From a virus: DNA of 64,000 nucleotides. This document shows, in pieces, positions 38,977-47,289 of the stretch. The notes below the pieces were generated by a model that did no database searches, was not told the DNA's origin, and saw only the letters and a list, made by a program, of their open reading frames with translations. Position 1 is the first letter of the stretch. Every line of letters starts with the position of its first letter. Location of the stretch: positions 30,543 to 94,542 of the IMG/VR virus record IMGVR_UViG_3300028569_000020, one strand, 5' to 3'. Both the position numbers and the translations under genes were made by a program.

Positions 38977-41088
38977 ATGCTGAATATGGAAGTCAAGGGC
39001 AATCTAGCCCGACTGCTGGCAACCGAAAATCTAATCGTGGAGCATAGGCAGGTTGAGACCGCTATGTTTAACATCAAAGATCGTGTGCTGACTCTACCTA
39101 TGTGGGACGTGGCATCACCCAACGTATACGACATGCTGGTGGGTCATGAGGTGGGTCACGCTCTCTATACCCCAGATGAGTATGGTGAAGACCATCAAGT
39201 GCCACAGTCCTATCTCAACGTGGTGGAGGATGCTCGTATTGAAAAAATGATGAAGCGTAAGTTTCCTGGTCTTGCTCGTAACTTCTACGATGCTTATCAA
39301 GAGTTAAATTCTCAAGATTTCTTTGAGATAGGTGATCGTGCTATGGATACCTATGCTTTGATTGATCGTATTAATCTTTATTTTAAGATAGGTATTCACG
39401 CTAGTATGCTAATACCATTCAATGACAAAGAAAAATCACTAGTCGATATGGTTTCTCAATCAGAAACTTTTCCACAGGTAGTAGAAGCTGCTCGTCAGAT
39501 TCTTATATACACTAAAGAGCAAGAAAAAGAAAAGATTAAAATTGATGCTGAAAATAAAGAATCTACTCAAGGTAAGAGCGATAACACTTCAAGCAAAGGT
39601 GCGGCAAACGAAAATCAAGATGAAGAAACAATACGCGATCAAAATGAAAATCAAAATAATGATTACGATCATCCTGATATCTCTGGCACTGGTGGTAATA
39701 TGGGAGGCACAGAGAATTTAGAATCTGAAACTGATAGAGCATTTTCCGAAAAACAAAGACAACTTAATTCTACTCAATCTAAAACAATTGATTATGTTGA
39801 GTTACCACCATTGGATATTAATACGTTTGTTGTTTCTAATAAACAAGTAACGAAAGATTGTAATGAAGCATATGGCGAGCAGTCTGCTGAATTGTTTAAT
39901 ACTATTGATGGAGATTATCAAACCTTTCGTAGCGAATCTCAACGTGAGGTAAATTATCTAGTGAAAGAGTTTGAGATGCGTAAGTCAGCAGATCAATATG
40001 CTCGCTCTAGCACTTCGAAGACTGGTATTCTTGATACTCAGAAACTTCATACTTACAAATGGAATGAAGATGTATTTAAAAAAATCAATATAGTGCCTGA
40101 TGGTAAGAGTCACGGTTTGATTTTTATTCTTGACTGGTCTGGGTCTATGGCTAATTGTTTACAAGATACTGTTAAACAACTTCTTAACCTTGCTTGGTTT
40201 TGTAAGAAGGTCCAGATTCCTTTTGATATCTATGCCTTTACTAACGATTACTGGTATAACAAATCATATGATTATACTACAATGACACGCTCTAAATCTC
40301 ACCAGCATCATAAAGAAGTTTCTGGATACGTTAGTATTGAAGAAAGCTTTCGTCTTCTGAATATCGTTTCAAGTAATAATCGTAATGGTAAAGATCTAGA
40401 AGCACAACTTAAAAACTTCTGGCGTCTGTCTTCTAGTTATACTAGTTACTATCAACCAGCTGGTTATAGCTTGTCTGGCACTCCTTTAAACGAATCTATA
40501 ATTGCTTTGACTGCTCTTATTCCAGACTTTCAGAAACGTAATAAAGTCCAAAAAACTAATGTTGTTATTTTAACTGATGGTGAAGCTCAATCCATTAATT
40601 ATCTTATGGAATATAATCGTGGATCTTCTGTAAAGATTGGTAAAAATTATATTGATAGTGATTGTATGTTGCGTGATCGTAAGACTGGTCGTATATATCC
40701 TCGTTTTAATTCTTTATACTATCAAGCAGATATGACTACTTCTGTTTTTCTTGAATGTATTCGTGATCGTCATCCAGATGTTAATTTGATTGGTATTCGT
40801 CTTATCAATGGTAGACGCCTTTCTGATATGTGTAATGACGGAAAAACTAAAACTCCTTATGAAGAAATCCAAAAACAATGGAAAAAATCTAAATCTGTTG
40901 AGCTAGTTAATTATATGGGTTATCAATCCTTATACGTGATGGCACTTGATGGTCTTTCTTCTTCTAGTCATTTTGATGTGGATGAGAATGCTACCGATAG
41001 ACAAATCGGTGCTGCTTTCACAAAGTCACTTGTCAAGAAAGGAGTCAATAAGAAAATGCTGACTTCCTTTGCTTCACTCATCAGTTAA
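38977..41088 (+). CDS. HEXXH metallopeptidase-like plus VWA (CobT-like) protein
   Basis: HEVGHALYT, NVVEDARIE, acidic linker, MIDAS DWSGSM...GTPL...LTDGE. Start moved to ATG 38977, downstream of the promoter. Confidence 0.85.
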   Translation: MLNMEVKGNLARLLATENLIVEHRQVETAMFNIKDRVLTLPMWDVASPNVYDMLVGHEVGHALYTPDEYGEDHQVPQSYLNVVEDARIEKMMKRKFPGLARNFYDAYQELNSQDFFEIGDRAMDTYALIDRINLYFKIGIHASMLIPFNDKEKSLVDMVSQSETFPQVVEAARQILIYTKEQEKEKIKIDAENKESTQGKSDNTSSKGAANENQDEETIRDQNENQNNDYDHPDISGTGGNMGGTENLESETDRAFSEKQRQLNSTQSKTIDYVELPPLDINTFVVSNKQVTKDCNEAYGEQSAELFNTIDGDYQTFRSESQREVNYLVKEFEMRKSADQYARSSTSKTGILDTQKLHTYKWNEDVFKKINIVPDGKSHGLIFILDWSGSMANCLQDTVKQLLNLAWFCKKVQIPFDIYAFTNDYWYNKSYDYTTMTRSKSHQHHKEVSGYVSIEESFRLLNIVSSNNRNGKDLEAQLKNFWRLSSSYTSYYQPAGYSLSGTPLNESIIALTALIPDFQKRNKVQKTNVVILTDGEAQSINYLMEYNRGSSVKIGKNYIDSDCMLRDRKTGRIYPRFNSLYYQADMTTSVFLECIRDRHPDVNLIGIRLINGRRLSDMCNDGKTKTPYEEIQKQWKKSKSVELVNYMGYQSLYVMALDGLSSSSHFDVDENATDRQIGAAFTKSLVKKGVNKKMLTSFASLIS

Positions 41089-41096
41089 TCTAATCA

Positions 41097-41133
41097 ATCA
41101 GGGGTTGCGCTTCCATCTCTTTTCCTCTATAAT
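41097..41133 (+). promoter_or_regulatory. Early sigma70-like promoter
   Basis: ATCAGGGG-TTGCGC-17-TATAAT. Confidence 0.72.
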
Positions 41134-41156
41134 AACTACATACAAAACAACTCATC

Positions 41157-42248
41157 ATGAAAAACTTTGAAGTCTCTCCACTCATTGACCGTTTCGGTCA
41201 GGTGGTTACCACTGCTGACCTTCGTGGCTATGCTACGGAAATTGGTATTGGATACCAAACACTCACAAAAAAACTAGAATCATTTAAAATTCAACGTGGT
41301 CTATGGCATCTAACTGCTGTGGAAAAACTTGAAGAAGTATTTAACCAACCTGCTGCGACCACTATGTCTGATCCCGCTCGGGAAGAAATGAATCTTATTC
41401 CTGCTAAAGACTCTACTTTTGTCCCGTTTGGGAATTTTGTAGACGTGAAAAAAATCCTTGCTAGCAAACAATACTACCCTATTTTTATCACTGGTCTGTC
41501 TGGTAACGGTAAGACTTTCAGTGTAGAGCAGGCGTGTGCTACTTTGAAGCGTGAGTTGATTCGTGTAAACATTACTATTGAAACTGATGAAGATGATCTT
41601 ATTGGGGGTTTCCGCCTTGTTAATGGCGAGACAGTGTGGCACAATGGACCCGTCATCCAAGCCCTTGAGCGTGGCGCAATCCTACTTCTCGATGAGGTGG
41701 ATCTCGCATCTAATAAAATCCTTTGCCTTCAATCAGTTTTAGAAGGTAAAGGTGTCTTTCTGAAAAAGATTGGTAAGTATGTAAACCCTACTGCTGGGTT
41801 TAATATAGTTGCTACTGCTAACACGAAAGGTAAGGGTAGTGAAGACGGTCGTTTCATTGGCACTAATATGCTTAACGAAGCTTTCCTTGAGCGTTTTCCT
41901 GTAACCTTCGAGCAAGCATACCCCAATGCTAAAGTTGAAACTTCTATTCTTAAAAAAGTAGCAGAATCAATTGATTGCTATGATGCTGAGTTTGTTGATC
42001 GTCTAGTTGCTTGGGCTGATATTATACGCAAAACTTTCTATGATGGTGGAGTTGATGAAGTCATCTCTACTCGTCGTTTAGTTCATATCATTCGTGCCTT
42101 TGGTATTTTTGGTAAGCGTAAGAAAGCGATTGATGTTTGTGTTGCTCGTTTTGATGATGAAACTAAACAATCATTTCTAGAGTTATACTCTAAGATTGAT
42201 GCTTCTATTGATGAAGAAACTATTTTAACTAAGGAGATTACTGAATAA
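41157..42248 (+). CDS. cobS: MoxR-type AAA+ ATPase (phage CobS-like)
   Basis: GLSGNGKT; LLLDEVD; ATANTKGKG; NEAFLERF; ISTRRL. Confidence 0.9.
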   Translation: MKNFEVSPLIDRFGQVVTTADLRGYATEIGIGYQTLTKKLESFKIQRGLWHLTAVEKLEEVFNQPAATTMSDPAREEMNLIPAKDSTFVPFGNFVDVKKILASKQYYPIFITGLSGNGKTFSVEQACATLKRELIRVNITIETDEDDLIGGFRLVNGETVWHNGPVIQALERGAILLLDEVDLASNKILCLQSVLEGKGVFLKKIGKYVNPTAGFNIVATANTKGKGSEDGRFIGTNMLNEAFLERFPVTFEQAYPNAKVETSILKKVAESIDCYDAEFVDRLVAWADIIRKTFYDGGVDEVISTRRLVHIIRAFGIFGKRKKAIDVCVARFDDETKQSFLELYSKIDASIDEETILTKEITE

Positions 42249-42559
42249 TGAATTGGAAATATAATGAAGAACAAATTTTAAAAGATATTGAGGATTATGT
42301 AATTAGCACATATAGCAGTCACTACTGTGGAAGTAACGAGGCATATAAAGATATTCAAACAATTGATTTGATGGCAGCAAAAGAGCTAGCACCAGATTTT
42401 TGTCAGGCGAATATTCTTAAGTATGGCTCACGTTATGGAGCAAAAAGTGGGCACAACAAAAAAGACTTGCTAAAAGTCATACATTATGCTATGCTGTTAC
42501 TACACTTCGATTCGCACTACACACGAATCGATAATGGATTATCCGAATTTAAATTATGA
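42248..42559 (+). CDS. DUF3310-like hypothetical (possible nucleotide kinase)
   Basis: HY...FC.ANILKY.SRYG.K....DLLK..HY. Confidence 0.6.
   Translation: MNWKYNEEQILKDIEDYVISTYSSHYCGSNEAYKDIQTIDLMAAKELAPDFCQANILKYGSRYGAKSGHNKKDLLKVIHYAMLLLHFDSHYTRIDNGLSEFKL
42467..42495 (+). promoter_or_regulatory. Possible internal sigma70-like promoter for gp45-gp44
   Basis: TTGCTA-17-TATGCT with TG extension. Confidence 0.4.
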
Positions 42560-43218
42560 GTACTGTTGCACTTTCCAAGACTACCATTGACATTCTAAAA
42601 AACTTCTGCACAATTAATACTTCGATTGTGATTAAAGAAGGAAACATTCTTCGCACTATGAGTAATGAAGAAAATATTCTTGCTTCTGTAACAGTAGAAG
42701 AAAGTTTTCCTCAAACTTTTGCTATCTATGATCTTAGTCAGTTTCTTGCTGGCTTGTCCTTATTTGACAGTCCAAGTTTAGTATTTGATAATGAAGATTA
42801 TCTTACTATTAAATCTGGTCGTAGTCGTGTGAAATATTATTTCAGTGATCCTGAAATTACACTGAAAACTGCTCCTGATAAAAAGGTAAATTATCCAGGA
42901 TCTGATGTTACATTTTCTTTGACAGCAAACGATATTTTATCACTCAACAAAGCATCTAACGTATATAAACTTCCTGATTTTGTTATCGATACAGATGAAG
43001 AAATTTTATTATCTGTTAGAGATTTAGAAAATGATACCTCACATGTTTATGATATTACTGTAAACGGTGAGTTTGATGGAAAACATAATCTTCATCTTAA
43101 AGTAGAAAATCTTAGATTGATGTCTGGTGATTATAACGTGGGCGCATCTAAACATTCAATTACAGAATGGAAGCATACTAACTTTGACTTGACTTACTAT
43201 ATTGCTTTGGAGCCTTGA
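42556..43218 (+). CDS. gp45: Sliding clamp gp45
   Basis: ILKNF..IN.SI; FAIYDL.QFL; Y.IALEP. Confidence 0.95.
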   Translation: MSTVALSKTTIDILKNFCTINTSIVIKEGNILRTMSNEENILASVTVEESFPQTFAIYDLSQFLAGLSLFDSPSLVFDNEDYLTIKSGRSRVKYYFSDPEITLKTAPDKKVNYPGSDVTFSLTANDILSLNKASNVYKLPDFVIDTDEEILLSVRDLENDTSHVYDITVNGEFDGKHNLHLKVENLRLMSGDYNVGASKHSITEWKHTNFDLTYYIALEP

Positions 43219-44159
43219 TGAAAAATTTCCTGTGGGTGGAGGAATATCGTCCTCATACTATTGAAGATTGTATCCTCCCTACTTCGTTAAAGAAAGTATT
43301 TACTGGATTCATTGAGCAAGGAGAGATTTCTAATCTTCTGCTTTCTGGTCCTCCTGGTGTTGGTAAAACTACTGTTGCTAAAGCATTGTGTCAACAACTT
43401 AACTTGAGTTACATTGTTATCAACGGATCAGATGAAGGTCGTTTTCTTGACACTATTAGAACTCGTGTCAAGCAGTTTGCTTCGACTATCAGTATGACGA
43501 GCGGTGGTAAACACAAAGTTGTTATTATCGACGAAGCAGATAATACTACACATGATGTACAGTTATCTCTTCGTGCTTTTATTGAAGAATTTCATAGCAA
43601 CTGCCGTTTTATTTTTACTTGTAACTTCATCAACAAAATTGTAGAGCCTCTTCATTCTCGGTGTACAGTCGTTGACTTTCGTATTAAGAAGGGAGAGGAG
43701 CAGAAGTTACAGGCACAGTTCTTTGACCGCCTTAAGGGCATCCTAGACACCTCTGGTGTGACTTATGATGACAAGGTGGTAGTCAAACTGATTCAGCGTT
43801 ACTATCCAGACTGGCGCCGCCTTCTAAACGAGGCACAGCGCCATTCAGCAGGTGGATCACTTGACACTGCCGTGCTTTGTGACATCGCTGATATTAATTT
43901 AGATGATTTAATTCGTGCAATGAAGAATAAAGAATTCACTACTGTGCGAAAATGGGTAGTTAACAATATGGACAGTGATCCAAATATTATTATTCGTAAA
44001 ATATATAATGCACTAGTTGAGGTTATTGAAGGATCTTCTATTCCTCCTGCTGTGTTGGTGCTTGCTAAGTATCAGTATCAGATTGCGTTTGTAGCTGACC
44101 AAGAGATTAATCTTCTCGCTTGTCTAACTGAGATTATGGTTGAGTGTAAGTTTAAATGA
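43215..44159 (+). CDS. gp44: Clamp loader large subunit gp44
   Basis: LWVE.YRP; GPPGVGKT; IIDEAD; PLHSRC. Confidence 0.96.
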   Translation: MMKNFLWVEEYRPHTIEDCILPTSLKKVFTGFIEQGEISNLLLSGPPGVGKTTVAKALCQQLNLSYIVINGSDEGRFLDTIRTRVKQFASTISMTSGGKHKVVIIDEADNTTHDVQLSLRAFIEEFHSNCRFIFTCNFINKIVEPLHSRCTVVDFRIKKGEEQKLQAQFFDRLKGILDTSGVTYDDKVVVKLIQRYYPDWRRLLNEAQRHSAGGSLDTAVLCDIADINLDDLIRAMKNKEFTTVRKWVVNNMDSDPNIIIRKIYNALVEVIEGSSIPPAVLVLAKYQYQIAFVADQEINLLACLTEIMVECKFK

Positions 44160-45055
44160 GTTCTAAAAAACAACTCAAAACTTGTTTAAGGTATCCTGGC
44201 GGCAAATCTCGTGCTGCTAAATATCTTCTTTCTAAATTTCCAAAAGATATCATTGAATACCGTGAGCCTTTTCTTGGTGGTGGTAGTGTTGCTCTTGCAT
44301 TCTCAAAAAAACATCCACATATCCCTGTGTGGGTGAACGACCTTTATAATCCTTTATATACTTTTTGGTGTATTCTGCGTGATGAAGCAGACGAGCTATG
44401 TGAGTGTATTAAAAGATACAAGGAAGACTACGGCACACCAGATCTCGCTCGTGGTCTTTTTACTCTTATGAAGGATCAACTCAATCATCCAGAGGCAGAA
44501 GATTTTTATCGTGCTGTTGCCTTCTACATTATTAATAAGTGTAGTTTTTCTGGTCTGACTGAATCGTCATCTTTTTCCGAGCAAGCTAGCATCAGTAACT
44601 TCTCAATGAGTGGTATCAATAAACTTTTAAGATATTCTAAACTGATTCAGAATTGGAAGATTACTAACAATAACTACTGGGATATGATGCTGACACCAGC
44701 ACCAGTAAATACATTCTGGTTTTTTGACCCTCCTTATGATATCAAAGATAATCTCTATGGTAACAAGGGAGCTCTTCACAAGGGATTTAATCATCAAGAG
44801 TTTCATGCGTATATGACACAAGGTAATATACAAGATAAGTGGATGATTACATACAACTCAAATCCCACCTTACATGAATGGTATAAAGATTATACTCAAA
44901 CTAAATGGGATTTGACTTATACTATGCGTTCTGTAGGTGACTACATGAATGAGCAAAAAGACCGCGCAGAACTTTTGATTACTAACTATGCCAACACCAA
45001 GCCTATCCGAATATCTGACTTCTGTCAATCAGACGAAGAAGAATATAATAATTGA
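44156..45055 (+). CDS. dam: Dam-family DNA N6-adenine methyltransferase
   Basis: RYPGGKS; EPFLGGGSV; DPPY; ELLITNY. Confidence 0.92.
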   Translation: MSSKKQLKTCLRYPGGKSRAAKYLLSKFPKDIIEYREPFLGGGSVALAFSKKHPHIPVWVNDLYNPLYTFWCILRDEADELCECIKRYKEDYGTPDLARGLFTLMKDQLNHPEAEDFYRAVAFYIINKCSFSGLTESSSFSEQASISNFSMSGINKLLRYSKLIQNWKITNNNYWDMMLTPAPVNTFWFFDPPYDIKDNLYGNKGALHKGFNHQEFHAYMTQGNIQDKWMITYNSNPTLHEWYKDYTQTKWDLTYTMRSVGDYMNEQKDRAELLITNYANTKPIRISDFCQSDEEEYNN

Positions 45056-45374
45056 TAATGAATCAGAAAAAGCATACCCACCTTTTATTATCAACAAGTG
45101 TCTTGCTGCTTTCCATGATACTATTTTATTTTCAAACGAGATGAATATGTATCCTCATCTAGATAAGAAGATGCAGTATGACTTTCTGATAAATAGTATC
45201 AATCCGAGGAAGCGTTTTAGTCCTTGGGAAAGAAAAGCTTTGATCGATAATCTTGAAGTAGTTAAAGAATATTATGGGTATAATACCGATAAAGCTTTAC
45301 AAGCATTAAGAATTCTATCTAAGGATCAACTTGAAGATATTAAACGTTTAGTAAATAAAGGTGGAAAAAAATGA
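44988..45374 (+). CDS. gp62: Clamp loader small subunit gp62
   Basis: YPPFIINKCL; NEMN; RKRFSPW; VKEYYGYN..KA. Confidence 0.93.
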   Translation: MPTPSLSEYLTSVNQTKKNIIIDNESEKAYPPFIINKCLAAFHDTILFSNEMNMYPHLDKKMQYDFLINSINPRKRFSPWERKALIDNLEVVKEYYGYNTDKALQALRILSKDQLEDIKRLVNKGGKK

Positions 45375-45799
45375 CTATTGATGTGGAAGTTAAATGGAAT
45401 CAATCTGATATGATTGAAGTAACTCTTAACGAACCCGATGATTTCTTAAAGGTGAGAGAGACTCTTACTCGTATTGGAGTTGCCTCTCGTAAAGAAAAAA
45501 TTATTTACCAATCATGTCATATCTTACATAAGCAAGGCAAGTATTATATTGTTCACTTCAAGGAGTTGTTTGCTCTTGATGGAAAAAATACTAACCTATC
45601 AGTGAATGATCTTCAACGTAGAAATAGGATTATTCAACTTCTCTCTGATTGGGGATTAGTTACGCTCATCACTCCAGATGCTATTAGTGATGTTGCTCCA
45701 CTCAATCAAATAAAAGTATTAGCTTTCAAAGAAAAAGAAGAATGGACTTTAGAAAGCAAGTATAATATCGGAAGAAAAAAACCAGATGAAAACGGTTAA
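45371..45799 (+). CDS. regA: Translational repressor RegA
   Basis: DDFLKVRETLTRIG; QSCHILHKQG.YYIVHFKELF.LDG. Confidence 0.97.
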   Translation: MTIDVEVKWNQSDMIEVTLNEPDDFLKVRETLTRIGVASRKEKIIYQSCHILHKQGKYYIVHFKELFALDGKNTNLSVNDLQRRNRIIQLLSDWGLVTLITPDAISDVAPLNQIKVLAFKEKEEWTLESKYNIGRKKPDENG

Positions 45800-45920
45800 A
45801 GTTTTATTCTTAACTCCTGCTAAAAAAGCAGAGTGGTTTATTATTCCGTGGGGAAAATTTTATTTAGATTGGTATCGTAACTTAGGGTATACTATACTGA
45901 TGACCGAAGTAACCGAATAG
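45786..45920 (+). CDS. 44-aa micro-ORF MKTVKVLFLTPAKKAEWFIIPWGKFYLDWYRNLGYTILMTEVTE
   Basis: Overlaps the regA 3' end, fills the intergenic gap and has a protein-like composition. Confidence 0.55.
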   Translation: MKTVKVLFLTPAKKAEWFIIPWGKFYLDWYRNLGYTILMTEVTE

Positions 45921-45975
45921 ATTTGTAGAGAATACCGCCTCAGTTATTTTCAATGTAAAACAATATATAATATGA

Positions 45976-46032
45976 AAGAGATGCTTTCGAGGTCTCTTAT
46001 TAACACTCGCTTATTAAAGGAGAACAATTATG
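45976..46032 (+). promoter_or_regulatory. Candidate ROSE-like RNA thermometer in the hsp20 5' UTR
   Basis: Upstream hairpin AAGAGAT...GTCTCTT, then CTCGCTT-ATTA-AAGGAG, which pairs the SD with a bulged G (UCGCU motif). Confidence 0.55.
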
Positions 46033-46479
46033 AATCCGACTACCTGGCAACTATACGCCCCATTTGGAATAGGATTAGATAGTGTATTCACTCGTCTTGA
46101 CTCAATGTCAACTCATAACACAAACTACCCACCATACAACATCATCAAAAACGATGCCGCTAATTACGAAATTGAAATCGCTCTGGCTGGATTTAAAGCA
46201 GAGGAGATCGAAATATCTACAGAACAGAACATTCTCCGAATTGCCTCTAGGGTTGAGAAACGAGATTCTGAAAGAACATATTTACATAAAGGACTTTCCA
46301 AACGCTCGTTCTCAAATACCTGGCAACTTGGTGATGATGTTAGAGTATCCTCTGTAGATTTTGCTGATGGGTTATTGAAAATTTCATTAGAAAAAATTAT
46401 TCCAGAGCATCAGAAGAGAACAATTTACGATATTGGAAAACCAAAAAAACAATTTTTGGTAGAAGAAATAGGATGCTAA
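46030..46479 (+). CDS. hsp20: Small heat-shock protein Hsp20 (IbpA-like)
   Basis: NYPPYNI; IEIALAGF; YLHKGLSKRSF; DGLL.I.LEKIIPE. Confidence 0.95.
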   Translation: MNPTTWQLYAPFGIGLDSVFTRLDSMSTHNTNYPPYNIIKNDAANYEIEIALAGFKAEEIEISTEQNILRIASRVEKRDSERTYLHKGLSKRSFSNTWQLGDDVRVSSVDFADGLLKISLEKIIPEHQKRTIYDIGKPKKQFLVEEIGC

Positions 46480-46493
46480 AAGAAATGTATTAT

Positions 46494-46580
46494 AATAAAT
46501 AATAACGGCTACCCCTTTTCTATCGTTGTCGCTTGGAGTTGATGCTGGCAAAATCCAGCCTTGACTCCCTTTTCTTTTTA
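46494..46580 (+). ncRNA. Candidate structured small RNA/terminator between hsp20 and the Sm-like genes
   Basis: Late motif AATAAATA, no ORF, hairpin GGAGTTGA-T-GCTGG-CAAAAT-CCAGC-C-TTGACTCC, then a T-tract. Confidence 0.45.
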
Positions 46581-46589
46581 TGATATAAT
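46561..46589 (+). promoter_or_regulatory. Sigma70 promoter for the gp43 operon
   Basis: TTGACT-17-TATAAT with TG extension. Confidence 0.8.
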
Positions 46590-46610
46590 AAGAGCACCCT
46601 TTAAAATATT

Positions 46611-46952
46611 ATGATTCCTAGAATTTTAGTTACAAACATTGGAGAAAGAATTATTGCTGGTGTATCTGAAGTTAAAGATAGCACAACCGATAAAAATCTT
46701 TGCTTACTTATTAAATGCCCTTATATTCTTTTTGTGAATCCTAAAGAAGATAACCCAACCGAATATTCGGTCAGCTTTAATAAGTGGAATCCATTCTCTT
46801 CTGACAATAAATTTCATATTCCTTATCAGTATATTGTCTCATTAGGAGAAGTTGAAGAAGATCTGTTAAAAGTTTATTTGCAAAAATTTGGTGAAGAATT
46901 ATATGGAGGCGAAGAAAATGTTGAATCCGAAGTTGATATTACTGAAGAGTAA
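46611..46952 (+). CDS. Conserved hypothetical upstream of gp43 (Sm-like)
   Basis: GERIIAGV.E...IKCPY...KW.PFS pattern. Confidence 0.7.
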   Translation: MIPRILVTNIGERIIAGVSEVKDSTTDKNLCLLIKCPYILFVNPKEDNPTEYSVSFNKWNPFSSDNKFHIPYQYIVSLGEVEEDLLKVYLQKFGEELYGGEENVESEVDITEE

Positions 46953-47289
46953 TGAATCTATTATTGCTGAGGTAGAAGAGTTAGATGTAGAAATTGGATT
47001 ACCTGATTGCAAGTTAATTAATCCGTTTGTTGTTAGCACCGATTACATTTATGAAGGCGAGGAAAGGTGGATTGCAAATTTACCTGCAGATGATATAATT
47101 GGCAAACCTTGCCAAAAGAGAGTTGCGCTTGAGCGTTGGCCGTGGTATACTGATCAAAGAGAAATTGTTTTCATCTCGGATAATATTTTGACTATTCTTA
47201 GTCCTAATGCCGAATTGTTAAAAGCATATATCGATGTGATACCACCAGAGCAACTACAGGAGACTGAAGAAACTGATGAAATTTTATAA
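46918..47289 (+). CDS. Conserved hypothetical upstream of gp43 (Sm-like)
   Basis: LILLKSNE.IIAEVEE...PDCKLINP...WP; ATG 46918 has a GGAGG RBS. Confidence 0.7.
   Translation: MLNPKLILLKSNESIIAEVEELDVEIGLPDCKLINPFVVSTDYIYEGEERWIANLPADDIIGKPCQKRVALERWPWYTDQREIVFISDNILTILSPNAELLKAYIDVIPPEQLQETEETDEIL

Noticed and set aside
41157-42248. Cobalamin biosynthesis function for cobS
   Set aside because: No cobN or other cob genes are present; the pairing with a peptidase-VWA protein fits a generic MoxR chaperone system.
46520-46570. glnA glutamine riboswitch (ATCGTT start)
   Set aside because: It lacks the downstream GGAAG/CTGAAG...AACG elements; kept only as an unclassified structured-RNA candidate.
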